Origin: Candidatus Woykebacteria bacterium
GTDB lineage: Bacteria; Patescibacteriota; Microgenomatia; Woykebacterales; RBG-16-39-9b
Length of the DNA stretch: 64,000 nucleotides
Direction: 5' to 3'
NCBI GenBank assembly: GCA_040876345.1
Contig: JBBDPM010000006.1
Coordinates: 456,547-520,546, forward strand
This document shows, piece by piece, positions 55,185-64,000 of the stretch. Every line of letters starts with the position of its first letter. The first letter of the stretch is position 1. The notes under the pieces were generated by a model. The model made no database searches. It was not told the origin of the DNA and was given only the letters and a program-made list of their open reading frames with translations. The position numbers and the translations under genes are program-made.

Positions 55185-56663
55185 TTGATGCTCCAATTGC
55201 CTAAGTTTGTACTCAAATCACTACGGGTTAAGTTCGCCTTGGTATTACTTATTATCTTGTTTTTGGTTTTTTCTGTTTCCTCTGGAGTGTTAATTTACAG
55301 AAGCCTAGTGGCTGAGAGAGCTAATCTAATTGATCAAGCAAGAGCTTTTGCTAAATTAAGTGCGAAACCAATTGGCAACACCTATTCCCTCTATTACGAT
55401 TCGGGGTATTTAAAGTTTAAAGGGTTAATCGGCGAAACCTTATCGTTAAATACAGATATTGAAAAAATAGAGATAATTTCAGTAACCGGTGATATTTTAT
55501 TTGATTCCAAGGACTTAAAAACTGGTAAGAGAGCTGAAATTTGGAAGACTGAAGATAAAAATATTTTAGATAAGGTAGCCGCAAATGTAGGTAGCGAGGT
55601 TCCACTACGCACAAAAACTTCTACTCCCAACCAATTAATCGAACCTTACATTGAAGATTTCGGAGCGCATCCGTTCTCAATAAGATATTTTTTGTCCTAC
55701 GATTCTATCTCCCAAAATGTTCTCTATACTATATTAACTACTCTTCTACTAAGCTCGATCTTTTTTATTGGTTCCATTATTCTAATAGTTTTGGTGGTTA
55801 ACAGGACAATTTTGAACCCAATCGAGATGGTTATTAAGGGCGCTAAAAAAATAAGTTCTGGTGATTTATCCCACGCTATAAAAGTTAACACTAATGATGA
55901 GGTTGAGGATCTTGCAGTTGCGGTAAACCAAATGGCTCAAACACTGAAGAAGAACATTGAGGATTTAAAGGAATTGGATAGACTTAAAGATGAATTTGTG
56001 TTTCTTGCATCCCATAACCTTCGGACTCCATTAACAATAATTAAAGGTTACGTTAGCTCTTTACTGGAGGAGACGTCTCTTGTAAAGGCAGATCGAGATA
56101 AAATTAGCAAAATCTCAGACAGTACTCGTCAACTTGAATCAATGGCGGAGACACTTCTGAGTTTGGTTTCTTTAGAGAAGGGACAGGAGGTTTTGAAAAA
56201 AACACAAGTAGATTTGGGTAAACTTCTCGAAGAAATTGCGGGTAAATTTGGTAAAGAAACAGCCAAGAAAAAGATAAGTTTTATATTTGAACTACCTTCT
56301 GATCCTGTCCCACAGGTGGCAGTCGAAAAAAACCGAATCACCCAGGCGTTTGCGAGCCTAATCGATAACGCTATTAAGTTTAATAAGGAAGGAGGTAAGG
56401 TAACTGTAAGGATTGAAAAAAGGGAGAAAGAGCTTGTCGTTTCTGTAAAAGATGAAGGAATTGGAATACTCGAGAAAGAGAAGGACAAAGTTTTCAAAAA
56501 GTTTCATAGAGCGACTGATGTTCTAACTTATAATTATGGAGGAATTGGTCTTGGTCTTTACTTGACTAAGCTAATTACCGAGGCCCACGGTGGGCGAATT
56601 TGGTTTGATTCCAAGGTTGGAGAAGGCTCCAGTTTCTATATAAGCCTTCCCCTTAGTTCTTAG
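55185..56663 (+). CDS. Sensor histidine kinase (2 TM, HAMP, HisKA, HATPase_c)
   Basis: H-box FLASHNLRTPL; N, G1 and G2 boxes (…NAIKFN…DEGIGI…GGIGLGL). Confidence 0.8.
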   Translation: MMLQLPKFVLKSLRVKFALVLLIILFLVFSVSSGVLIYRSLVAERANLIDQARAFAKLSAKPIGNTYSLYYDSGYLKFKGLIGETLSLNTDIEKIEIISVTGDILFDSKDLKTGKRAEIWKTEDKNILDKVAANVGSEVPLRTKTSTPNQLIEPYIEDFGAHPFSIRYFLSYDSISQNVLYTILTTLLLSSIFFIGSIILIVLVVNRTILNPIEMVIKGAKKISSGDLSHAIKVNTNDEVEDLAVAVNQMAQTLKKNIEDLKELDRLKDEFVFLASHNLRTPLTIIKGYVSSLLEETSLVKADRDKISKISDSTRQLESMAETLLSLVSLEKGQEVLKKTQVDLGKLLEEIAGKFGKETAKKKISFIFELPSDPVPQVAVEKNRITQAFASLIDNAIKFNKEGGKVTVRIEKREKELVVSVKDEGIGILEKEKDKVFKKFHRATDVLTYNYGGIGLGLYLTKLITEAHGGRIWFDSKVGEGSSFYISLPLSS

Positions 56664-57381
56664 GTACGTAAGTTAAGGGGTTCACCACCTTACCTTCGTT
56701 ATAAACCTCAAGGTGAAGGTGGGCTCCAGTCGCGAAACCAGTGGCCCCAACCAAGCCGATAACAGTCTCATTTGTTACCTTACTACCCTTTTTAACCAAA
56801 ATTTTTGATAAATGAGCGTATCGGGAAGAAAAGCCTGCTTTGTGCTTTATTACCACACTGTATCCATACCCACCGTCCCAGCTTGCTAGTGTTACTTCTC
56901 CAGAAGCAATTGGTTTTACCCTTGATCCGTACGGATTAGGAATATCGATTGCTGGGTGGACATACCAAAAACCTTGAGATATAGCGCCTTTGACAGGGCG
57001 TTGAAATATTGGGGCTTCAGACGCAACTACAGAGGCGCGAAATGAATTTTGGCTTTGGATCTCAGCCGCAGATTTGGTTGCTACTGAGATAGGTAAAATC
57101 GGTAATACTTGAAATGCCGAAAAACCAAGTACGAAAAATCCAAAGATATACTCTCCTAAGAGCTTATGTACTTTTTTTAAATATTTTTTAGACCAATGGA
57201 ATAATTCCCCACCGGAAATAAAAGCATCCGCAACAATTAATCTGGAATCAAACCCAGTCTTACGGATACGGTGAGGTGAGATATAAATTCGGCTAAAGTG
57301 TCTATTGAATTGTCCATTACGCTGGGGCAGAGAGCGTCCCTCGATAAGATCGGGATGTCTCTGGTTTAACATAACCCCCAC
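56653..57381 (-). CDS. M23-family metallopeptidase, membrane-anchored
   Basis: HPAIDI (HxxxD) … HLHLEV (HxH); N-terminal TM. Confidence 0.7.
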   Translation of the reverse strand: MGVMLNQRHPDLIEGRSLPQRNGQFNRHFSRIYISPHRIRKTGFDSRLIVADAFISGGELFHWSKKYLKKVHKLLGEYIFGFFVLGFSAFQVLPILPISVATKSAAEIQSQNSFRASVVASEAPIFQRPVKGAISQGFWYVHPAIDIPNPYGSRVKPIASGEVTLASWDGGYGYSVVIKHKAGFSSRYAHLSKILVKKGSKVTNETVIGLVGATGFATGAHLHLEVYNEGKVVNPLTYVPKN

Positions 57382-57474
57382 CGAAGCTTTAGCGAAGGTG
57401 GGGAATCAAAAAATCTCCCACTACTTTGGGAGACAAATGTATTTTATCAGACTATGAGACAAATGTCAAATTTT

Positions 57475-57548
57475 TGGAGGCGCGGAGGGGATTCGAACCC
57501 CTGTGATAGGTTTTGCAGACCCATGTCTAGCCACTCGACCACCGCGCC
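57475..57548 (-). tRNA. tRNA-Cys (anticodon GCA), CCA encoded
   Basis: Reverse complement reads GGCGCGGTGGTCGAGTGGCTAGACATGGGTCTGCAAAACCTATCACAGGGGTTCGAATCCCCTCCGCGCCTCCA. Anticodon loop is CTGCAAA; a G13:A22 mismatch is typical of tRNA-Cys. Confidence 0.75.
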
Positions 57549-57679
57549 AGCGAAAATGAATCTAGATTATAACATAACTTTCAGCGGTAAATGTAGGCTG
57601 CTAGCCCGCAAGTGTAATCTTGAATGGATGTATGTTATTACTTGCCCAAATTGGATGGGATCTATAATTGAGTTCAGAT

Positions 57680-58810
57680 CTAGAGCTTTTTAGCAAACTG
57701 GGAGGCGATCCAGCCGGATTTTGCGGAGGAGAGCTCTATCTGATACCAATAGTTTTTCTCAGAAAGCAGCTCGTAAATCTCTCCCGGATTTATTTTTTGA
57801 ATAATCGAAAAACTTGTTCCTGGACCGGCTCTTACATTTAGGAAGGCGTTTGGAGTATCAAGAATGGTGACTTTTTTTGATGAGCTTTTGGCCGAAGTAG
57901 ATTTCGAAATATTGCTCCAAACTTTTAAAGCTGGAGAGCTTAACTTGCCAGGGTCAGTTCCTAAATACCCTACTTTAACTTCCTTTTTCTTTTCCCATCC
58001 GTTCTCTAAAGTGTAGGTTTTACCACTGATGTCGATAAGCAGATCAAACTTTTCTGGAACGTCCTTACTAGTTTTTTGAAAATGCCAAATGCCTTCTGCC
58101 CATGTCTGTGCATCGCCGCTGAGATCTGAGTTTGATGTTGATAGATCAAATAAAGTAAAGTTCTTATTTTCGTCTGCCTTCTTGACCTGTTGTGGGTATG
58201 GGTCTAGTGCTAGCGATACCCAGGCGACTAATCCGTAGCCCTCCTCAATGTTTATCCCTAACCCTCTTGTTAAATATCCTTTTTTCGACACAGTAAGAGT
58301 ATAAATCCCAGAGTCGGCTATCTGTGATAGAGGTGAGTTACCAAGTGTTTTTCCGTTCAAGGAAATTTCAGCATCTCCTGGTGAGGTCACGATAGATATC
58401 CCCCCACCTTCCCGCAAACCCAAAATCTCTCCGGCGGAAAACTTTTCGGTAGGACCAAATTCATAGTTTACGATAGTAATCGCGCCGGGGTTCAAATCAA
58501 CCTTTTGGCTAAACTCGGCGGCTTTGACCTCCTCGTTAGCTAAATTATCTCCTAAGGTGGCAACATTGGCTTTCATGCTTAAACTGTATCCTCCCACCTT
58601 CAAATTCTTCTGTTGGAGTGGGGTTTTGCCAATTAAATTACCACCCAGAAAGACTTCGGCTTCATAGTTAGATTCAATTTTAAGGAATCCTTGTGGCGGT
58701 TTAAGAGCCGGTAATAAATATTGGTAAGCGATAAAGCCAAGAGCTAAGAGCAATATTAAACTTAGAAGTTGCAAAAATTTCCCCATGCTAGAAGAGAAAG
58801 AATAACACAA
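57680..58810 (-). CDS. Membrane-anchored protein with PEGA-like domains and a C-terminal bacterial SH3 (SH3_3) domain
   Basis: TM; …YEAEVFLGGNLIGKTPL… and …AEISLNGKTLGNSPL… (PEGA); …LNVRAGPGTSFSIIQKINPGEIYELLSEKNYWYQIEL… (SH3b). Confidence 0.55.
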   Translation of the reverse strand: MCYSFSSSMGKFLQLLSLILLLALGFIAYQYLLPALKPPQGFLKIESNYEAEVFLGGNLIGKTPLQQKNLKVGGYSLSMKANVATLGDNLANEEVKAAEFSQKVDLNPGAITIVNYEFGPTEKFSAGEILGLREGGGISIVTSPGDAEISLNGKTLGNSPLSQIADSGIYTLTVSKKGYLTRGLGINIEEGYGLVAWVSLALDPYPQQVKKADENKNFTLFDLSTSNSDLSGDAQTWAEGIWHFQKTSKDVPEKFDLLIDISGKTYTLENGWEKKKEVKVGYLGTDPGKLSSPALKVWSNISKSTSAKSSSKKVTILDTPNAFLNVRAGPGTSFSIIQKINPGEIYELLSEKNYWYQIELSSAKSGWIASQFAKKL

Positions 58811-58869
58811 GAGTCTGACTACGTAAACTCACCTTGTTAAAATTATTCAAAGCTGATAGATTTTAGTTA

Positions 58870-59406
58870 ATGCTCAAGATCTCTGCTCTAAAACTTGTAG
58901 ATAGGTTAATCGCTCCGATAGTGTTGGTTTTTGGTACCAAGTATATTGCCGTTTTAGCGATAAATTTGGTCTTCGATTTTCACTGGGACATGGGATTTTC
59001 CTCTCAGCAGGTATTTTCATTGCCGTTTATCAATTATTCAAATGCGGCCGACTTAGTATTTACAAACACCCTCTCGTCGTTTCTTATGGTGATAGTTTTA
59101 GCACTGGGTTTTACCTTCATTCTTTTGAGATTTCAAAATTTTACCAAAAATCGAGTAAAACCTAAAGTGGCTTCAAGGTTGAGCAAAAAGAGTATGGAAT
59201 ATCTTCTTATCGACGAGGAAGAAGCGTTTCACCAAGTGCTCGCTTGGTATGTTTTATCTTGGGTTGTCTTTCTGTTGGTCCTAGGCGAGTTTTTGGCTAG
59301 TAGCGTAAGCCCTATTGTGCTTAGCTTTAGCTTAACAGTAGTTTTTGTTCTGACGGTTTTGAGTACTATAGAAGCTCATAAAAGCCTTTACGAAGGCACC
59401 AAATAA
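58870..59406 (+). CDS. Hypothetical polytopic membrane protein
   Basis: 178 aa, 4 hydrophobic helices. Confidence 0.35.
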   Translation: MLKISALKLVDRLIAPIVLVFGTKYIAVLAINLVFDFHWDMGFSSQQVFSLPFINYSNAADLVFTNTLSSFLMVIVLALGFTFILLRFQNFTKNRVKPKVASRLSKKSMEYLLIDEEEAFHQVLAWYVLSWVVFLLVLGEFLASSVSPIVLSFSLTVVFVLTVLSTIEAHKSLYEGTK

Positions 59407-60308
59407 ATAATAATAAATACTGAAGAAAGCCACAGGATAATAGTTGCTAGTAAAGGAAAATCCGTAACTAAAACTTTCTCTGGTGACTCTCCTTTACCCT
59501 CAAAAATTAAATAAAGATAGCGCAAAATTCCATAAACCACCAAGGGAATTGTGGCCATGAGCCATTTTGGAGATGCCAAAGTTTGGGGCAAAAAGGAAAT
59601 AATAAATTCTTTGCTGTGCGTCTCTAACTCATTAAAGGTAAAAATACTGTAAGTTATTAGAGTCGCCGTACCCATCATAAAAGTGACCCCATCTAGAAAT
59701 TTTGTTGGGTAGTAATAAAGAGTTTCGCGGTGTTTTGCTGCAAGTTTGTGGGTTAGGATAGTTAACTCCGCTCTTCTTTTTCCGGAAGCAAGGAGCAAGG
59801 AAAGCATTATCGTGGTCAGAATCAACCAGGAGGATAGAGGAACCCCGATTATAAAAGAGCCAGCAAATACTCTGAGCATAAATCCAAGGGCAATCGTGGT
59901 TATATCCAAAAGGATAATAAATTTCAGTAAGAAGTTATAGGTGAGTTGAAGAATAATAAACACTAGCGCAATGGTAAAAAGGTAAGTTGATAGCTGGAAG
60001 CTAGTGTAAAGGCCTGCTATTGTCAAAAACAAAGAAATTACCAAAGCTAAGTTTTTGTCAATTTTACCCTGAGCAATTGGCCGCAGTCTCTTGTACAGGT
60101 GAGCTTTATCCCGCTCGATATCAAAGACGTCATTAACTAGGTACATTGATGAGGAGAGGATGTTGAAAATCCAGAATGATGCAAAAACAGGTAGCAGAAA
60201 AGATTCTTGAAAAAATTTACCTGAAAAAAGTATTGCGGCAAATACAGCTAAATTTTTTAACCATTGCAGAGGGCGCAGGCTTATCAGTACCGATTTAAAG
60301 CTAATCAT
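59388..60308 (-). CDS. UbiA-family polyprenyl-phosphate glycosyl/prenyltransferase (decaprenyl-phosphate phosphoribosyltransferase-like)
   Basis: RPLQWLKN…; NDVFDIERDKAH (NDxxDxxxD). Confidence 0.65.
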   Translation of the reverse strand: MISFKSVLISLRPLQWLKNLAVFAAILFSGKFFQESFLLPVFASFWIFNILSSSMYLVNDVFDIERDKAHLYKRLRPIAQGKIDKNLALVISLFLTIAGLYTSFQLSTYLFTIALVFIILQLTYNFLLKFIILLDITTIALGFMLRVFAGSFIIGVPLSSWLILTTIMLSLLLASGKRRAELTILTHKLAAKHRETLYYYPTKFLDGVTFMMGTATLITYSIFTFNELETHSKEFIISFLPQTLASPKWLMATIPLVVYGILRYLYLIFEGKGESPEKVLVTDFPLLATIILWLSSVFIIIYLVPS

Positions 60309-61404
60309 TAGATTTTACCCCAAATTTTCTGGCAACAGCGGCTATTGTTAGAAGAGCTGCTAAAAGAATTGCAAAAATCATTACAATGGCGAAGAATTTA
60401 CCGCGGCTATCTAAACTGATTGCGAAAATCGCAAATAGAGCGGTTAAAAAATAATAAAAAATAGCTATTTTAGGTATGCTCCATCCTAAGGCAATCAGAT
60501 GGTGGTGTAAATGCTCTTTGTCTCCCCAAACTGGAATTTTGCCAGATAAGACTCTTCTCCCAACCGTCCAGGCACCGTCCACTAAAGGTACTGCTAGTAC
60601 AATTGCGGCTATGGCAAGCTTCCCACCGGCTAAAATAGATAAAACCGCAATCATAAAACCAGCTAAGCTTGCACCGCTATAGCCGGGCATAATTTTTTGC
60701 GGGAAAAAGCTCCAGGGAAGGAACCCCAGGTATGAGCCAGCGGTTGCAAAAGCCAAAATTGCCAGCGGTACTTGGGATGGATCTGAAGATAAATAACTTA
60801 TCGATACGAATCCTAAAGTTACGCTGGCAATCGCGGCAATTCCGGAAATTTGCCCGTCAACGCCGGAAGACCAGTTCAAGGCGTTCATGAGCCAAGCTAT
60901 CCACAAAAACGCAAAAAGATCAGCAAATAGAACGATTGAATGAGGCCCCCCAAAGGGGTAACCCTGAGGCAGGGTGAAATGCAGAATTATTTCATCAAAA
61001 CGAATTTGCCCCCCAAATGGATTTGTAATCCAATTTATACCAACTCCGAAGGCAACTACTGCTAAAGCCGCCAAAAAATTACTTAAGAGTCTTACGTAAG
61101 GGTTGATGTCATATTTATCATCTAGCAAACCGACAACCACTACTATCAAAGCACCTAAGAAGACCCCAATTATATGTTTAGTTATGAGAGTTGGTTCCAA
61201 AAAAACGAAAAAAAGATAGGTTAAAAGTATTGCGGCAAATATTGCTAGTCCACCCCCCCTGGGAAGGGGCTTTTTGTGTAAGATAGCTGGATGCGGCCTT
61301 GTTGGGTAGTCTATTATTTTGAAAGCCTGGGAGAGCTTAATTACAAGAGGAGTTATTAAAACTGAGAGTAAAAAACTAACACCAACTACCCACAAAGTAA
61401 TCAT
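60301..61404 (-). CDS. GT4 polyprenyl-phosphate N-acetylhexosamine-1-phosphate transferase (WecA/MraY-like)
   Basis: …GLLDDKYDINPYVRL… and polytopic topology. Confidence 0.7.
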   Translation of the reverse strand: MITLWVVGVSFLLSVLITPLVIKLSQAFKIIDYPTRPHPAILHKKPLPRGGGLAIFAAILLTYLFFVFLEPTLITKHIIGVFLGALIVVVVGLLDDKYDINPYVRLLSNFLAALAVVAFGVGINWITNPFGGQIRFDEIILHFTLPQGYPFGGPHSIVLFADLFAFLWIAWLMNALNWSSGVDGQISGIAAIASVTLGFVSISYLSSDPSQVPLAILAFATAGSYLGFLPWSFFPQKIMPGYSGASLAGFMIAVLSILAGGKLAIAAIVLAVPLVDGAWTVGRRVLSGKIPVWGDKEHLHHHLIALGWSIPKIAIFYYFLTALFAIFAISLDSRGKFFAIVMIFAILLAALLTIAAVARKFGVKSND

Positions 61405-61412
61405 AACGCGCC

Positions 61413-61760
61413 TTAAGTAGCAATAAGTAAGATTCTAAGGAGGGAATAGCTTATCACTGCTCCGGAAAACAGGGTTGCCCAAGTAATTATTTGGGTAAGA
61501 ACTGGGGATTTAAGCAGTTTTGCAATAAATTGGTTTATTAGAAAGATCAAAATTAAAAGGGAGGGGATAATAAAAAGCCACCTTGGCTCGGCTAACCTTT
61601 CAACCCCCCACACCTTTGAATACCACAGTGGGACTTGAGGCGGGAGTTTCTCAAGATGGGACCAGACTAAATAACTGGAAGCAATAATTATTATTAAAGA
61701 TACAAAAGTTGCAGGGGCATTAATCGGGCGTAGAATCTTTAGAAAGTTCATAAATTGCAT
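61413..61760 (-). CDS. Small membrane protein
   Basis: 3 TM helices. The start is uncertain because this gene overlaps the 3' end of the upstream GT39-like gene. Confidence 0.3.
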   Translation of the reverse strand: MQFMNFLKILRPINAPATFVSLIIIIASSYLVWSHLEKLPPQVPLWYSKVWGVERLAEPRWLFIIPSLLILIFLINQFIAKLLKSPVLTQIITWATLFSGAVISYSLLRILLIAT

Positions 61761-63249
61761 AATCTTCTGAAATGGCAAAGAGATTATAACTTCTCTTAAC
61801 AAACCTGTCCAATTCAGGGAATGGTGGAGATCCTAAGGTATCTAAAATTATATATTTTGGCTTGCTTCGTTCTAGGTCGTTGACCACCCTATCCTTAGCA
61901 GTACTACTGCCTGATACATGAAAGGCCGTTATATATCTTGAAGCTGGGTCAAGCCCTGATAGGAAGTATATTGAAGGTTGGTTTGCCCAAAGGTAAATTT
62001 TTTCATTGGCTGACTCTAGGTTTTTGCATTCAGGTTGATCTCCTTTGGCACATCGTGTAAATAGAGATGCCACAGCGTAGTTTCTACTTGTGTTTGCATC
62101 GAAATTATTTTGAAATTCTTCCACGGAGATTCGGTTAGTGGCTAAGTTAAAAAAGTTGGGGTAGTAGGCTAGGACGTTTACATTGGGTTTAAATCCGAGA
62201 AGGGCACTTAAAATCAAAACAATACCGATAATAGAGAAACCAAATTTCCTGAATCTTACATCAGTGAGAGCTTTAGCTAGTATTATAGAAAAAGGGGCTG
62301 CTGCCTGTATTAAATAATGAAAATAGGGTCTTCCTCCAAAAACAGCCCCGTAGTAACTGAATGCTAGCCACAAAACTGAAATTTCTACAGCACCTGGCAC
62401 ACTAGCAGCCCTCTTTTTAGAGAGAAAAAACCTCCAAAAGTAATAAAGAACAATTGCAATCACGGGCAAGAATTTTAGTACTAAAAGGCCGTTTGGAATA
62501 ATAAATTCATTACCATAATTTGTATATGATGCGTTAAAGAAGAAAGCGGAATTTATGTAGGAAGAAAGAGTACCCCTTGAAGCAAAGTACACTAAAGTAA
62601 GAGCAAAGGGAATTGCAAAGCCCACTATCAATTTAAATAAGTTTACAAGCGTTGGCAGAGCCCCATTTTTACGTACGAAGAGAAAAACGAAAACAAAAAA
62701 AGCCGCAAAATCAAAAATTGCTGGAAACTTCAGAAGAAGAGCCAAGGAAAAAAATATTCCCGAGATAAGAAAGTGGTTTCTTAAACCGAAAAGTAAAGCA
62801 AGACAAGCGGGAAGGATAATTAGAATCTCGCTGTTAACGATATTTCCTTCAGTCAGTGGAGTAGTAGTTAAGGCGGCTAGTATTATCAAACCGAAAAACG
62901 CAGTTTTTTTGTCGAAGAGTTCTTTTACCAACAAATAAAAACATACCAATGTTGGGATCATCCATATACCTAACAGAAACTTAAATGACCAAACCATATC
63001 ACCGAAAAGCTTAGTAGACCAGGCTGCCAAGTAATAAATTCCAGGGGTTTTATGATCGAAAATTTCAGCGTAAAGCAAGCCACCCCGATTAATTTTTTGC
63101 CCAATCACCAAATAAATTGCCTCGTCTCCATACCAGAGAGGCTCAAGTAAAGAGGGAATACGGAGTATGAAAACAATAAGAACAATTAAAATAAGAAGTC
63201 TTTGGGAAGAGGCGAACTGTTCTATTTTACCTAAGTAATTTTTCACCAT
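61720..63249 (-). CDS. GT-C glycosyltransferase, GT39/GT83-like (ArnT/PMT_2 family)
   Basis: …LWYGDEAIYLVIGQKI… (DE motif), …FDHKTPG…; about 12 TM. Confidence 0.6.
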   Translation of the reverse strand: MVKNYLGKIEQFASSQRLLILIVLIVFILRIPSLLEPLWYGDEAIYLVIGQKINRGGLLYAEIFDHKTPGIYYLAAWSTKLFGDMVWSFKFLLGIWMIPTLVCFYLLVKELFDKKTAFFGLIILAALTTTPLTEGNIVNSEILIILPACLALLFGLRNHFLISGIFFSLALLLKFPAIFDFAAFFVFVFLFVRKNGALPTLVNLFKLIVGFAIPFALTLVYFASRGTLSSYINSAFFFNASYTNYGNEFIIPNGLLVLKFLPVIAIVLYYFWRFFLSKKRAASVPGAVEISVLWLAFSYYGAVFGGRPYFHYLIQAAAPFSIILAKALTDVRFRKFGFSIIGIVLILSALLGFKPNVNVLAYYPNFFNLATNRISVEEFQNNFDANTSRNYAVASLFTRCAKGDQPECKNLESANEKIYLWANQPSIYFLSGLDPASRYITAFHVSGSSTAKDRVVNDLERSKPKYIILDTLGSPPFPELDRFVKRSYNLFAISEDYAIYELSKDSTPD

Positions 63250-63314
63250 TCAAGCAGTACCAAAATTTTAACTCAGAGTTCGATTTAATTCAATGAGTCT
63301 TAGATGTAGCACTT

Positions 63315-64000
63315 TTACTTTTTACTTATCTTCTCCGTAACTTGATAATCAAGCCTCTTGCCCAATATGAGTCTTGTGTGGGCATCCATTCCGGGGAGGG
63401 CACCAAAGAGGAGACCAGTTAAAGGTAAAAGAATATACTGAAGAATGGTGAAAGGCAGGAAACTTTTCTTGAAGTATTCTGGTCTTGGAGGTCGAAGGAG
63501 CCAATCAACCACAATTACACAAACAATAAAAATTGCACAGACTGTTAATATAAACCCGGAAATTCTGGGTAAATAAAAGCCCAGAGCAGTAAATCGAAAA
63601 GCGGGATTGATCAAAGGTGGGATACTTGCCCCCAGTGTTAAGAGCCACCAGTTTGCCGGCCAAAGAAGATGCTGCTCCAAGGCCCTTGCAAATCTAAAAA
63701 AGAAATTAATCTTTGATATTTCGGCTCTTCTCTTCCAAAACTCCCTAATTGCGTAACCAATATCAGTTACTCCCCAGGCCCAACGCCGGTTTTGTTTGTA
63801 CTGGGCTTGAAGAGATTTCCAGTAAGAAGACCCTTCGGCAGCGTCAGCAAATAGTGGTAAAAATATAGAGTCGAGGCTCACCGAACCTTTATGGAGGAAG
63901 AAGGCTTTAAAAAATAGATGCCAATCCTCAGCTACAACATCAGCGTCCCAGAAATTAGTTTCTTCCAAAAGATTCCAGGAAAGTGAGTAGGTGGAATAGT
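63315..64000 (-). CDS. GT2-family processive glycosyltransferase, C-terminal part (gene continues past the window end; the track start is TTG)
   Basis: QNRRWAWG (Q[QR]xRW motif) followed by TM helices; the frame stays open to position 64000. Confidence 0.55.
   Translation of the reverse strand, partial: YSTYSLSWNLLEETNFWDADVVAEDWHLFFKAFFLHKGSVSLDSIFLPLFADAAEGSSYWKSLQAQYKQNRRWAWGVTDIGYAIREFWKRRAEISKINFFFRFARALEQHLLWPANWWLLTLGASIPPLINPAFRFTALGFYLPRISGFILTVCAIFIVCVIVVDWLLRPPRPEYFKKSFLPFTILQYILLPLTGLLFGALPGMDAHTRLILGKRLDYQVTEKISKK

Overview
The window has low GC (about 40%), is gene-dense and reads like a small-genome, Patescibacteria/CPR-like bacterial chromosome. That taxonomic call is low-confidence and rests on gene content and style only.

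Recognisable core genes:
- Minus-strand run: a 643-aa membrane protein, smpB, tmRNA (ssrA), tRNA-Ser(GCU) and tRNA-Ser(UGA) (high to low coordinate).
- Replication-origin cluster: recF, dnaN, dnaA, then rpmH, rnpA, a short-form yidC, jag and rnhA.
- Elsewhere: rplY, an ABC exporter, vapBC, valS, tsaD, galU, groES, groEL, an ECF sigma factor with a putative anti-sigma, a sensor histidine kinase, two substrate-binding proteins and tRNA-Cys.

Accessory content:
1. A Gram-positive-type type IV secretion or conjugative-pilus-like locus at about 7.0-25.4 kb. It has at least six paralogous TrbC/VirB2-like pilin genes, one of them a dockerin plus tandem-pilin fusion. It also has an SLT+M23 cell-wall hydrolase (VirB1-like), a polytopic VirB6/TrbL-like protein, a small VirB3-like membrane protein, and a VirB4-like ATPase that appears split into two ATGA-overlapping ORFs. 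A GT39/PMT-like glycosyltransferase sits inside the pilin array.
2. A polyprenyl-phosphate glycosylation locus at 59.4-64 kb: a UbiA-family gene, GT4 (WecA/MraY-like), GT39/83-like and GT2.
3. Two toxin-antitoxin pairs: DUF4258/DUF2283 and VapBC.

Four sharply GC-rich segments (about 60% GC) stand out from the background:
- 1-560: a front-end fatty-acid desaturase fragment.
- 16.9-19.9 kb: a 922-aa orphan ORF on the minus strand, wedged into the T4SS-like locus and followed by about 0.8 kb of non-coding, palindrome-rich DNA.
- 41.06-41.46 kb: a tiny promoter / uORF / 44-aa ORF / terminator unit.
- 48.6-50.7 kb: a MaoC-dehydratase plus SDR pair.
The last two share 11-12-nt leader motifs (GGAGGTCGCGC + start codon; AAAGGAGGCCGT). 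Possible explanations are horizontal acquisition from a high-GC donor (Actinobacteria-like), contig chimerism or an engineered insertion. I cannot decide between these without tools.

Several perfect sigma70-like promoters (TTGACA-N16-18-TAnAAT) end 9-11 nt before their start codons, which suggests frequent leaderless mRNAs. No CRISPR array, rRNA or obvious IS element is present.
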